Shown: positions 9,270 to 18,960, counted from the stretch's first letter. The stretch: 64,000 nucleotides of DNA from an uncultured Actinoplanes sp. (GCA_934643405.1 CAKUCL010000006.1:2714-66713), one strand, 5' to 3'. Numbers and translations: made by a program. The notes: generated from the sequence alone by a model not told the origin.

Positions 9270-9362
9270 TAGGTGCGGTACCCGAACAGGCAAACCCGTC
9301 GCGAGATGGGGACGCAAAGCCAGGGGCCTCCCCGCCGGAGGTAGCCCAGCCGCCGAAGGAGT
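9270..9362 (+). promoter_or_regulatory. c-di-GMP-I (GEMM-I) riboswitch
   Basis: ACAGGCAAACC-CGUC-GCGA(GNRA loop)-GAUG-GGGACGCAAAGCC ... CCGGAGGUAGC matches the conserved GEMM-I core (ACAGGGCAAACC...GAAA...GGGACGCAAAGCC...GGUAGGUAGC of V. cholerae Vc2). The 3' edge abuts or overlaps the SD GAAGGAG (9355-9361) of the ORF starting at 9372. Confidence 0.75.
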
Positions 9363-9371
9363 TAGGAAGAC

Positions 9372-12263
9372 ATGCGCTATCCAGAAGCCCATGCGGCCAC
9401 GAGCGGCTCGGTTCCGTTCACGCTGCGTGGCCCGAAATCCGTGCGGGTGGCACTGACCGCCGCACTCGCGGGCGCGATAGGTCTCGTGCCCGCACTCTTC
9501 GTAGCGTCACCGGCCATGGCCGCGCCGACGGCAGCCGACGACCTCAGCTGGACCGCCAGCTCCACGACGGTCAACGAGGGTGACACCGCGTCGCTCGAGC
9601 TGAACTGGACGGGCACCGGAACGAACGGGTCGACGGTATCGACGGCCCTGACCTACAGCACCGCGGACGGTTCGGCCAACCAGGGTTCCGACTACACCGC
9701 TGTGTCCGCGGCGCCGATCACCTTCACCGGTGGCAAGGCGACGCTCTCGGTCAAGGCCCTGACCGACAATTCGGACGAGCCTTCGCCCGAGACGGTCTCG
9801 GTGAAGGTGTACGACTCCGCGGCGCCGTCGACCGTCCTGGCGACGGGAACGATCAACATCACGGACATCGACGCCGAGCCGACCTACACCTTCACCGCCG
9901 ACAAGACGTCGGTCGCGGAGGACGGCGGCCCGGTCACCGTCACGGCGACGCTGGGCGCGAAGTCGGGCAAGACGGTGACGATCCCGTACTACACCGGCGA
10001 CGTGTCGGCGAAGGCCGGTCAGGACTACGGGAACACCAGCGGCAACCTGGTCTTCAACCCGGGCGATCTGACCAAGACCTTCACCGTCGCGATCACCAAC
10101 GACGACCTGTACGAGGGTGAGAACCAGACCTTCACGATCAACGCCAGCCCCACGGCCGGCGTCGCGGCCACCGCCGCGCCGATCACGGTCACCATCACCG
10201 ACAACGACCCGATGCCGAAGGTGTCGATCGGCAACGCGTCGGCCGTCAACGAGGGCTCCAACCTGCAGTTCCCGGTAACCGCCGTGGGCAAGGCCGAGAA
10301 GGACATCACGGTCAAGTACACGACGGCGGACGCCACCACGCCGGCCACGAACCACAACGCGGCCACCGCTCCCGCCGACTACACGGCGGTCTCGGCGGGC
10401 ACGGTGACGATCCCGGCGGGCACCCTCGGCCCGGTGAACGCCTCGGTGATCACGAAGGCGGACAACCTCGACGAGCTGGCGGAGGACCTCACGGTCACGC
10501 TGTCCACTCCGTCGTCGAACGCGTCCATCGACACCACGGCGGTCACGGCGACCGGTGTCATCAACGACTACGGCAGCTCCTACCCGGTGGCGAGCCTGAC
10601 CACCGCCTCCAAGAAGGTGGACGAGGGCAGCGACGGGTCGCACCCGGTGACGTTCACGGTCCAGCTGAACGCCGCCTCCGGTCGCTCGCAGTCCGTCGAC
10701 TGGACGGCCGCGGCGAACAGCTCGGCGTCGGCGACCTCGCCGGCCGACTTCAAGGCCACGACCGGCACGGTCACCTTCGCCCCGGGCGAGCTGACCAAGT
10801 CCTTCACGGTCGACGTGGTCGGGGACAAGATCGACGAGTACCCGGACGAGACCTTCACCATCACCCTGGCGACGACCACCGGCAGCACGGTCACGACCAG
10901 TGGTAACGCCCAGGGCAACATCACGATCACCGACGACGACGCGGCGCCGACCGTGACCCTCGCCGACGTGAGCCAGGCCGAGGGCGACTACAACTCGGTT
11001 GCCCTGTTCACGGTCAAGCTGTCGAACCCGTCGGACGTCAACACGACGTACGACATCACGACCACCGACGTGACCGCCGACTCGGACGCGACCGGTGCCG
11101 GCGCGGCGTCCAACACGGCCGGCGTGGGCAACAGCGACTACAACCTGGCGGGCGCGCTCGTCACGATCCCGGCCGGCAGCACCACGGGCTACGCGTTCGT
11201 GGTCGTCAACGGTGACGACGTCTACGAGACCGCGGAGACCGCCACCATCACGGCGACTCCGAACCAGAACAAGACCCGGCTGGCCAAGCCGGACGCCGTC
11301 AAGGCCACGCTCACGCTGACCAACGACGACGACGCTCCGGTCTTCACCATCCTGTCCGACAAGGGCAAGGAGGGCGACACCCTCGCGGCCAAGGCCGTCG
11401 TGACCGGCGTCGCGCAGGACAACGGGTACGTGAACGTCAGCTTCATGGGTGGTCGTTACGAGGGCAGCGTCGCTGCCACCGAGGACGACTACAAGGTGCC
11501 GGACACCAAGTCGTACACCGTCTACGGCGGCACCAAGGAAGGCACGTACTACGACCTCGGCAACGTCGTGCTGAACAAGGACGAGTACAAGGAGCCCGCG
11601 GAGACGATCATCGTTTCCGGCACCAGCTTCGGCGGCTCGCCCGTGGTCAAGAACGGCGTGCTCACCATCGAGGCGAACGAGGGCGGCAAGCCCGACGAGC
11701 CCGGCGAGCCGAGCGAGCACTACGCGCCCACCATCGAGGCGCCGTACAAGGTCGTCGGTGCGGTGGCCGTGCCGATCAAGGGCAAGGCCGAGGCCGGTGC
11801 CACGGTCGAGCTCTGGGGCGCGCCGGTCGGCGAGGACTCCGACCTGAAGTGGATCGCCAACACCAAGGCGGACAAGGACGGTTACTACTGGTTCTCGCGT
11901 TGGATCAACGAGGGCTACCGCTTCGTGACGCAGTCCTACGAGAAGAACTCCAAGGAAGTCAAGGTCTGGGTGGAGCAGGACCCGTACTTCACGGCCGTCT
12001 CCTACTCGAAGGGCTACCTGACCCTGACCGTGCAGGGCAACCCAAAGGGTGCCAAGCAGGCGGTGATCATCCAGCGCTGGTACGACGGCAAGTGGGTCAA
12101 CGTCACCGGCTGGAAGGGCTACACGGGCAGCAACTACCAGTGGAAGGCCACGGTGAAGGCGGCCTCGAAGTCGTACTGGACGCTGCGGGCCTTCGTTGCC
12201 GGCTACACGCCGGACGGCCTGCTGCCGGGCTACTCGGACGCCAAGAAGGTCACCATCAAGTAA
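9372..12263 (+). CDS. Secreted multi-Calx-beta-domain surface protein with C-terminal Ig-like region
   Basis: Signal peptide (ALFVASPAMAAP). About 6 tandem ~100-aa Calx-beta-like units, each with NEGD/EG...(G)SDY...F..G...K.F.V....D...E..E.F. The C-terminal ~200 aa are beta-rich. Confidence 0.85.
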   Translation: MRYPEAHAATSGSVPFTLRGPKSVRVALTAALAGAIGLVPALFVASPAMAAPTAADDLSWTASSTTVNEGDTASLELNWTGTGTNGSTVSTALTYSTADGSANQGSDYTAVSAAPITFTGGKATLSVKALTDNSDEPSPETVSVKVYDSAAPSTVLATGTINITDIDAEPTYTFTADKTSVAEDGGPVTVTATLGAKSGKTVTIPYYTGDVSAKAGQDYGNTSGNLVFNPGDLTKTFTVAITNDDLYEGENQTFTINASPTAGVAATAAPITVTITDNDPMPKVSIGNASAVNEGSNLQFPVTAVGKAEKDITVKYTTADATTPATNHNAATAPADYTAVSAGTVTIPAGTLGPVNASVITKADNLDELAEDLTVTLSTPSSNASIDTTAVTATGVINDYGSSYPVASLTTASKKVDEGSDGSHPVTFTVQLNAASGRSQSVDWTAAANSSASATSPADFKATTGTVTFAPGELTKSFTVDVVGDKIDEYPDETFTITLATTTGSTVTTSGNAQGNITITDDDAAPTVTLADVSQAEGDYNSVALFTVKLSNPSDVNTTYDITTTDVTADSDATGAGAASNTAGVGNSDYNLAGALVTIPAGSTTGYAFVVVNGDDVYETAETATITATPNQNKTRLAKPDAVKATLTLTNDDDAPVFTILSDKGKEGDTLAAKAVVTGVAQDNGYVNVSFMGGRYEGSVAATEDDYKVPDTKSYTVYGGTKEGTYYDLGNVVLNKDEYKEPAETIIVSGTSFGGSPVVKNGVLTIEANEGGKPDEPGEPSEHYAPTIEAPYKVVGAVAVPIKGKAEAGATVELWGAPVGEDSDLKWIANTKADKDGYYWFSRWINEGYRFVTQSYEKNSKEVKVWVEQDPYFTAVSYSKGYLTLTVQGNPKGAKQAVIIQRWYDGKWVNVTGWKGYTGSNYQWKATVKAASKSYWTLRAFVAGYTPDGLLPGYSDAKKVTIK

Positions 12264-12284
12264 GCACCACCTGACCCGACGAAG

Positions 12285-12316
12285 GCGGGGGCGGCCCAGG
12301 CATGGGCCGCCCCCGT
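12285..12316. terminator. Bidirectional stem-loop terminator between convergent genes
   Basis: GCGGGGGCGGCCC-aggcat-GGGCCGCCCCCGT: a 12-13 bp GC stem located between stop 12263 (+) and stop 12330 (-). Confidence 0.6.
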
Positions 12317-12329
12317 CGCCCTGTCCGTG

Positions 12330-14504
12330 CTAGGCCGGTGTGGTGGTCCTCGGCTGAGGCAACAGGGCCGCCATCCGCCCGGCGTCCACCGGGCGGCCGA
12401 ACAGGAAGCCCTGGCCGTGGTCGATGCCCAGGCGCCGCAACGTCTCCCATTGCTCACCGGTCTCGATGCCCTCGGCCACCGTCTGCATCTTCAGGGCCGC
12501 ACCCAGGCCCGCGACGGCGTCGACCAGCGCCACGTCGTCCTCGTCGATGTGCACCTCGTCCACGAACGTCTTGTCGATCTTGATGACGTCCACCGGGAGC
12601 TGCTTGAGGTAGCTGAGCGACGAATATCCCGTACCGAAATCGTCGATCGCCAGGCGGACTCCGAGCCGCCGCAGCGCGTGCAACGTCTCCTTCGCCGACT
12701 GGATGTCGGCCATCAGCATCGACTCGGTGATCTCCAGGGTGAGCGACGCGGCGTCCAGGCCCGCGTCCGCCAGCGCCGCCGCGACGTCGTCGACCAGTCC
12801 GGCGTACTGGAACTGCCGGGCCGAGAGGTTGACGTTGACCTTCAGCGACGCGGCCGCCGGTGCCGCCCGGCGCCAGGACGCCAGCTGCGCGCACGCCTGC
12901 CGCAGCACCCACCGGCCGAGCGGCACGATGAGGCCGTTCGCCTCGGCCGCCGCGATGAAGTGATGCGGCCCGAGCAGGCCGTCGCGCGGATGCTGCCAGC
13001 GGACCAGCGCCTCCACCGAGGTGAGCAGCTGGGTCTGCATGTCGACCACCGGCTGGTAGAGGACGACGAATTCCTCGCGCTCCAGCGCCCGCTCGAGATC
13101 GGCCCGCAGCTGCGCCTCGTGGAGCACCGACGCGGTCATGGTCGGGTCGAACAGGGCGTAACCGTTGCGGCCGGCCCGCTTCGCCGCGTACATCGCCAGG
13201 TCGGCGTTGCCGAGCAACTGCTCGGCGCCGAGGCCGTCCTCACCGGGGGCGATGCCGATGCTCAACGAACAGGTCAGATCGCGGCTGCCCAGGCGGATCG
13301 GCGCGTGCGCGGCGCCGAGCAGGCGTTCGGCGAGCCCGGCGGCGTCGTCCGGGGAGACGCCGTGCATCAGGATCGCGAACTCGTCGCCGCCGAGCCGGGC
13401 CAGCAGGTCCTGCTCGCGCACCTGGCCGCGCAGCCGCTCGGCGATCGTGCGCAGCAGCTCGTCGCCGGCGCTGTGCCCGAGGTTGTCGTTGACCAGCTTG
13501 AAGTCGTCCAGGTCGAGAAGTACGACGGTGATCGGCTGGGATGAGGAGGCGGCCAGCGCGTCGTTGAACCGAGCCCGGTTGGGCAGCCCGGTCAGCGCGT
13601 CGGTGAAGGCCTGCCGGCTCAGCTCTTCCTCGAGCTCGCGGCGCTGGCCGATGTCGCGCAGGCTGATCACCGCGGAGCGCAGATCCGGGTCGTCGATCCA
13701 GTTGGTGCCCATCATGTCGACGTAGACCCAGCCGCCGGTGGACGCAAGCCGCGTCTCGACGCGCGCGCTCTCCCCGGTCGGCAGCGCCAGCAGATCGGTC
13801 AGGAAGCCGGAGATCTGGCCGGGCAGGTCCCGGGCGTGGGAACCGAGCAGGCGTTGCACCGACGGGCTGACGTACTTGAGGCTGCCGTCCGCGCCGATCG
13901 CCACGACCGCGTCCGCCGACGCCTCGAGCAGGGCGGCGGCGCGACCTTCGGCCTTGCGCCGGCGGGCGTCCAGGCGCCGGCGACCCTGCGCGCTGACCGC
14001 GGTCAGCACGACCACACAGATCATCATCGCGGTCAGGGTGAGCGTCGAGATCGTCCCGGCGCGGGTCTGCACGGTGAGCAGGTACCCGTACCCGAGAACC
14101 GCGACGAGGCCGAGCAGCACCACGACCCGGGGCGACCACAGCGCCGCCGCGGTGATCAGCAGCAGCACCGCCGCGGGCAGGTACAGCATCGCGCCGCGCG
14201 GATCGGCGACCCCGAACAGCAGCATCACCGGCATCTCGGCGAACCACCAGATCAACAGCTTCCCGCGTACGCCGTCGCGGCGCACCAGGCGAGCCCAGGG
14301 CAACCGCACCAGGGCCGCCTGGGCGACCACCGCCACCATGACCGGGACCAGCCACCAGCGGTCGGCCGGCGGCCACAACATCGTGATGCGCAGGCCACCG
14401 ATCGCGGTGACCGCGGCGGCCACGATCGCGCCCAGCCGGATCTGGCGGGCCCAGTAGTCCGTCGTGTGATCATCCATGTCGCCTCGCCGCACGGGCTGCC
14501 TCAT
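12330..14504 (-). CDS. Membrane-anchored PAS-GGDEF-EAL protein (diguanylate cyclase/phosphodiesterase)
   Basis: N-terminal multi-TM region and a PAS-like segment. Intact GGDEF (RLGGDEFAIL) with an I-site RxxD (REQD) five residues upstream. Intact EAL (VEALVRW) and DDFGTGYSSL. The start could be 14504 or 14477. Confidence 0.9.
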   Translation of the reverse strand: MRQPVRRGDMDDHTTDYWARQIRLGAIVAAAVTAIGGLRITMLWPPADRWWLVPVMVAVVAQAALVRLPWARLVRRDGVRGKLLIWWFAEMPVMLLFGVADPRGAMLYLPAAVLLLITAAALWSPRVVVLLGLVAVLGYGYLLTVQTRAGTISTLTLTAMMICVVVLTAVSAQGRRRLDARRRKAEGRAAALLEASADAVVAIGADGSLKYVSPSVQRLLGSHARDLPGQISGFLTDLLALPTGESARVETRLASTGGWVYVDMMGTNWIDDPDLRSAVISLRDIGQRRELEEELSRQAFTDALTGLPNRARFNDALAASSSQPITVVLLDLDDFKLVNDNLGHSAGDELLRTIAERLRGQVREQDLLARLGGDEFAILMHGVSPDDAAGLAERLLGAAHAPIRLGSRDLTCSLSIGIAPGEDGLGAEQLLGNADLAMYAAKRAGRNGYALFDPTMTASVLHEAQLRADLERALEREEFVVLYQPVVDMQTQLLTSVEALVRWQHPRDGLLGPHHFIAAAEANGLIVPLGRWVLRQACAQLASWRRAAPAAASLKVNVNLSARQFQYAGLVDDVAAALADAGLDAASLTLEITESMLMADIQSAKETLHALRRLGVRLAIDDFGTGYSSLSYLKQLPVDVIKIDKTFVDEVHIDEDDVALVDAVAGLGAALKMQTVAEGIETGEQWETLRRLGIDHGQGFLFGRPVDAGRMAALLPQPRTTTPA

Positions 14505-14545
14505 CGGCGCGGGCCCCGCCGACCTGAGGGAGCCGGGGCACCCAT

Positions 14546-14580
14546 GACAAATGTCAGTGGCTGAGTGAGTGCTCGCTCAG
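14546..14580. promoter_or_regulatory. Two palindromes (candidate TetR operator) in the divergent intergenic region
   Basis: TGACAaaTGTCA (14546-14557) and CTGAGTGAGtgCTCGCTCAG (14561-14580; 16 of 20 positions, i.e. 8 of 10 base pairs, are self-complementary). Both lie immediately at or upstream of the tetR start region. Confidence 0.3.
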
Positions 14581-15227
14581 TTAGGGTTCTCGCCGTGGAG
14601 AACGTGGAGAACAGGCGCCGGCGGGTGCCCGCCCTCGCTCCCGAGGAGCGGCGCGAGGCATTGATCGCGGCGACCATCCCGCTGCTGCACGAGCACGGTC
14701 TGGACGTCAGCACCCGCCAGATCGCGGCCGCCGCGGGGGTCGCCGAGGGAACCATCTTCGGCGTCTTCGAGACCAAGACGTCGCTGGTCGTGTGCTCGGT
14801 GGTCAAGGCGCTCGACCCGGAGGGCACGCTCGGCGCCCTGGCCGCGATCGACCGGTCGCTGCCGCTGCGCGAGCGGCTGGTGCGGGCCGCGGAGCTGGTG
14901 CATGCCCGCTTCGCGGAGAACGCGCATCTGATGAACGCCGCCCGCAAGATGATCATCGCGGGCCTCGGCGATCCGCAGGCGCGCGAGCGGATGGCGTCGA
15001 CCCGGGAGCGGTTGCAGGCCGCGATCGCCGCGGTGATCGAACCGGACGCGGCCGCTCTGCGTCAGTCGCCCGGCCAGGCGGCCCGGTTGCTCCTGTTGTT
15101 CTGCGGCGCCAACACGTTCGGGCCGTTCGGCGACCCGGACGGATTCAACGGCGAGGAGGCGGTCTCGCTGCTGCTCGACGGACTACTCAAGCGAAACGAC
15201 GATCGGGGGGGTCAGCCGAGGTGCTGA
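14565..15227 (+). CDS. TetR-family transcriptional regulator
   Basis: N-terminal HTH (STRQIAAAAGVAEGTIFGVFETKTSL). The start is uncertain: GTG at 14565, 14595, 14604 or 14625. The stop overlaps the downstream GTG start. Confidence 0.85.
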   Translation: MSARSVRVLAVENVENRRRRVPALAPEERREALIAATIPLLHEHGLDVSTRQIAAAAGVAEGTIFGVFETKTSLVVCSVVKALDPEGTLGALAAIDRSLPLRERLVRAAELVHARFAENAHLMNAARKMIIAGLGDPQARERMASTRERLQAAIAAVIEPDAAALRQSPGQAARLLLLFCGANTFGPFGDPDGFNGEEAVSLLLDGLLKRNDDRGGQPRC

Positions 15228-16957
15228 TTCGACTGTTACGCGGCCACCTGGGGCCGTACCGGAGAGCGATCGGACTGGTCGTGCTGTTCCAGTTCATCCA
15301 GACCCTGGCCACGCTCTACCTGCCCACGCTCAACGCCGACATCATCGACAACGGCGTGATCAAGGGCGACACCATGTACGTGATGCGCATCGGTGGCGCC
15401 ATGCTGGCCGTCACCGTCCTGCAGATCGCCGCGCAGATCGTGGCGGTCTACTACGGCGCCCGTACGGCGATGGCCGTGGGCCGCGACGTCCGAGGCTCCA
15501 TCTTCGAGCGCGTGCAGGACTTCTCGGCCCGTGAGGTGGGCCAGTTCGGGGCGCCGTCGCTGATCACCCGGACGACCAACGACGTGCAGCAGATCCAGAT
15601 GCTGGTGCTGCTCACCTTCACGCTGATGGTCTCCGCCCCGATCATGTGCGTGGGCGGCGTCGTGCTGGCCCTGCGCCAGGACGTGCCGCTGTCCGGGCTG
15701 CTGCTGGTCATCGTGCCGGTCCTGGTCACCACGGTCGGCCTGATCATCGTCCGGATGCGGCCGCTGTTCCGCTCGATGCAGAAGCGGATCGACAAGATCA
15801 ACCGGATCATGCGCGAGCAGATCAGCGGCATCCGGGTCATCCGCGCGTTCGTCCGCGACGACCGGGAGCAGGAGCGGTACCACGGCGCGAACGAGGAGCT
15901 CACCGACGTCTCGCTGCGGGCCGGCCGGCTCATGGCGATGATGTTCCCGACCGTGATGCTGATCGTGAACCTGTCCAGCATCCTGGTGCTCTGGTTCGGC
16001 GGTCACCGGATCGACGCGGGCGCCATGCAGGTCGGCGCGCTGACCGCGTTCCTGAGCTACCTGATGCAGATCCTCATGTCGATCATGATGGCCACGTTCA
16101 TGTTCGTGATGATCCCGCGGGCCGAGGTGTGCGCCGAGCGGATCGAGGAGGTGCTCAACACCGAGCCCAGCGTCGCGCCCCCGGTCGCGCCGGTGACCAC
16201 GCTGAGCCGGCACGGCCACCTCGAGCTGCGCGACGTGTCGTTCCGGTACCCGGGCGCCGAGGCTCCGGTGATCAGCGACATCGAGCTCATCGCCCGGCCG
16301 CGCGAGGTCACCGCGATCATCGGCAGCACGGGCAGCGGCAAGACCACCCTGCTGAACCTGATCCCGCGGCTGTTCGACCCGACCGGCGGCCGGGTGCTGG
16401 TCGACGGCGTGGACGTCCGCGACCTGGACCAGGACCTGCTGTCCCGGACGGTCGGCCTGGTCCCGCAACGGCCCTACCTGTTCAGCGGCACGATCGGGTC
16501 GAACCTGCGGTACGGCAACCCGGACGCGACCGACGAGCAGCTGTGGGAGGCGCTCGAGGTGGCCCAGGCCCGCGACTTCGTGGAGCGGATGGAGGGCGGG
16601 CTGGACGCGCCGATCGCCCAGGGCGGCACGAACGTGTCCGGCGGCCAGCGGCAGCGGCTCGCGATCGCCCGGGTGCTGGTGCACCGGCCGGAGATCTACC
16701 TGTTCGACGACTCGTTCTCGGCGCTGGACTACGCCACCGACGCGGCGCTGCGCTCGGCCCTGACCAGCTACATCGCCGACGCCACCGTGGTGATCGTGGC
16801 GCAGCGGGTCAGCACGATCCGCGACGCCGACCGGATCGTGGTGCTGGACGACGGCAAGGTCGTCGGGGTCGGCAACCACGCCGAGCTGATGGCCGGCAAC
16901 GTCACGTACCGGGAGATCGTCCTGTCCCAGCTCACCGAGCAGGAGGCCGCCGCATGA
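15221..16957 (+). CDS. ABC exporter, fused permease/ATPase (heterodimer subunit 1)
   Basis: 6-TM domain, then Walker A GSTGSGKTT, signature VSGGQRQR, Walker B IYLFDDS. GTG start in frame within track ORF 14792..16957. Confidence 0.9.
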   Translation: MLIRLLRGHLGPYRRAIGLVVLFQFIQTLATLYLPTLNADIIDNGVIKGDTMYVMRIGGAMLAVTVLQIAAQIVAVYYGARTAMAVGRDVRGSIFERVQDFSAREVGQFGAPSLITRTTNDVQQIQMLVLLTFTLMVSAPIMCVGGVVLALRQDVPLSGLLLVIVPVLVTTVGLIIVRMRPLFRSMQKRIDKINRIMREQISGIRVIRAFVRDDREQERYHGANEELTDVSLRAGRLMAMMFPTVMLIVNLSSILVLWFGGHRIDAGAMQVGALTAFLSYLMQILMSIMMATFMFVMIPRAEVCAERIEEVLNTEPSVAPPVAPVTTLSRHGHLELRDVSFRYPGAEAPVISDIELIARPREVTAIIGSTGSGKTTLLNLIPRLFDPTGGRVLVDGVDVRDLDQDLLSRTVGLVPQRPYLFSGTIGSNLRYGNPDATDEQLWEALEVAQARDFVERMEGGLDAPIAQGGTNVSGGQRQRLAIARVLVHRPEIYLFDDSFSALDYATDAALRSALTSYIADATVVIVAQRVSTIRDADRIVVLDDGKVVGVGNHAELMAGNVTYREIVLSQLTEQEAAA

Positions 16958-18912
16958 CCGCGCCCGCACGAAGGCCCGCCGGGCCGATGGGTGGCGGGCC
17001 GGCCGCCCGGATGATGATGGGTGGCGCGCCCACCGAGAAGCTGCAGGACTTCAGGGGCTCGCTCAAGCGCCTGCTCGGCCTGCTCAAGCCGCACCGGCTG
17101 CTGGTCGCGGTGATCCTGCTGTTCGGCGTGTGCAGCGTCTTCCTGTCCGTGCTCGGACCGCGGCTGCTCGGCCACGCCACCGACATCATCTTCGCCGGCG
17201 TGATCGGCCGATCGGTCGCGCCTTCCGTGACCAAGGCCGAAGCGGTCGAGGCGCTGCGGGCCCAGGGCCAGAACACCAAGGCCGACCTGCTCAACGCGGT
17301 CGACTTCACGCCCGGCCAGGGCATCGACTTCACCCGGCTCGGCCACCTGCTGGCCTGGATCGCCCTGGTCTACCTGGTCGCCTGGCTGTTCGGGGTGTTC
17401 CAGGGCCGGCTGACCGCGCGGGTCGTGCAGCTCGCCGTGTTCCGGCTGCGCACCCAGGTCGAGGAGAAACTGTCCCGGCTGCCGCTGTCCTACTTCGACC
17501 AGCAACCGCGCGGTGAGGTGCTCAGCCGCGCGACCAACGACACCGACAACATCGCGCAGACGCTGCAACAGACCTTCGCCCAGATGGTCACCGCCCTTCT
17601 GACGATCATCGGCGTACTGGGAGCGATGTTCTGGATCTCGCCCCTGCTGGCGCTGATCGCGGTGCTCACCGTGCCGGTGTCGATCCTGCTCACCACCCGG
17701 ATCGGCAAGAAGTCGCAGCCGAACTTCGTGGCCCAGTGGGCGACCACCGGCAAGCTCAACGGGCACATCGAGGAGATGTTCACCGGGCACTCGCTGGTCA
17801 AGGTGTTCGGCCGGCAGCGCGAGGCGGTGGACATCTTCCGGGAGCACAACGACAAGCTGTTCGCGTCGAGCTTCCGGGCGCAGTTCATCTCCGGGCTGAT
17901 CCAGCCGGCCATGATGTTCATCAGCAACCTGAACTACGTGCTGGTGGCGGTGGTCGGCGGCCTGCGGGTGGCGTCCGGTGCGCTGACGCTGGGCGAGGTG
18001 CAGGCGTTCATCCAGTACTCGCGCCAGTTCAGCCAGCCGCTCACCCAGGTCGCTTCGATGGCCAACCTCATTCAATCCGGGGTGGCGTCGGCCGAGCGGG
18101 TGTTCGCGCTGCTCGACGCGCCGGAGCAGAGTCCCGAGCCGCCCCCGGTCGACCTGGGCCGGGTCCGCGGCCGGATCACGTTCGAGGACGTCTCGTTCCG
18201 GTACCTGCCGGACAAGCCGCTGATCGAGCACCTGTCCCTGTCGGTCGAGCCGGGCCAGACCGTGGCGATCGTCGGCCCCACCGGCGCCGGCAAGACCACT
18301 CTGGTGAACCTGCTGATGCGCTTCTACGACGTGGACTCGGGCCGGATCACGCTGGACGGCGTGGACATCAAGACGATGCCGCGCGCCCAGCTGCGCGAGG
18401 AGATCGGCATGGTGCTGCAGGACACGTGGCTGTTCGGCGGCAGCATCGCGGACAACATCGCGTACGGCGCGGACAGCTTCGACATGGACGACGTGCAGCG
18501 GGCGGCCGACGCGGCGCACGTGGACGCCTTCTGCCGCACGCTGCCCGACGGCTACGACACGGTGATCGACGAGGAGGGCTCGAACGTCAGCGCCGGCCAG
18601 AAGCAGCTGATCACCATCGCCCGGGCGTTCCTGGCCGAACCGAGCATCCTGATCCTGGACGAGGCGACCAGCTCGGTCGACACCCGCACCGAGGTGCTGA
18701 TCCAGCGCGCGATGAACAGACTGCGCTCCGGACGCACCAGCTTCGTGATCGCCCACCGCCTCTCCACGATCCGCGACGCCGACGTGATCCTGGTCATGGA
18801 GGAGGGTTCGATCGTCGAGCAGGGCACCCACGACGAGCTGATCGCCGCGGGCGGCGCCTACGCCCGGTTGTATTCCGCCCAGTTCGCCCAGGCGGTGGCC
18901 GAGGTCGACTGA
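16954..18912 (+). CDS. ABC exporter, fused permease/ATPase (heterodimer subunit 2)
   Basis: ATGA overlap with subunit 1. Walker A GPTGAGKTT, signature VSAGQKQL, Walker B ILILDEAT. Confidence 0.9.
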   Translation: MTAPARRPAGPMGGGPAARMMMGGAPTEKLQDFRGSLKRLLGLLKPHRLLVAVILLFGVCSVFLSVLGPRLLGHATDIIFAGVIGRSVAPSVTKAEAVEALRAQGQNTKADLLNAVDFTPGQGIDFTRLGHLLAWIALVYLVAWLFGVFQGRLTARVVQLAVFRLRTQVEEKLSRLPLSYFDQQPRGEVLSRATNDTDNIAQTLQQTFAQMVTALLTIIGVLGAMFWISPLLALIAVLTVPVSILLTTRIGKKSQPNFVAQWATTGKLNGHIEEMFTGHSLVKVFGRQREAVDIFREHNDKLFASSFRAQFISGLIQPAMMFISNLNYVLVAVVGGLRVASGALTLGEVQAFIQYSRQFSQPLTQVASMANLIQSGVASAERVFALLDAPEQSPEPPPVDLGRVRGRITFEDVSFRYLPDKPLIEHLSLSVEPGQTVAIVGPTGAGKTTLVNLLMRFYDVDSGRITLDGVDIKTMPRAQLREEIGMVLQDTWLFGGSIADNIAYGADSFDMDDVQRAADAAHVDAFCRTLPDGYDTVIDEEGSNVSAGQKQLITIARAFLAEPSILILDEATSSVDTRTEVLIQRAMNRLRSGRTSFVIAHRLSTIRDADVILVMEEGSIVEQGTHDELIAAGGAYARLYSAQFAQAVAEVD

Positions 18913-18916
18913 CACA

Positions 18917-18950
18917 CAGGTGCGCCGGGCCGTCTCGCCCGGCGCACCTG
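18917..18950. terminator. Bidirectional stem-loop terminator
   Basis: Perfect 14-bp inverted repeat CAGGTGCGCCGGGC-cgtctc-GCCCGGCGCACCTG between convergent stops 18912 and 18961. Confidence 0.65.
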
Positions 18951-18960
18951 CCTCGGCGGC

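Noticed and set aside
9507-11720. 737-aa reverse-strand ORF antisense to the Calx-beta gene. Similar long antisense or out-of-frame ORFs occur elsewhere (e.g. 15236-16969, 16768-18915, 18964-20595, 48893-51556, 51632-53047, 41323-43557, 60249-61484).
   Set aside because: These have Arg/Gly/Pro/His-rich compositions with no recognisable motifs. They overlap well-supported genes on the other strand. This is the typical high-GC 'shadow ORF' artefact.
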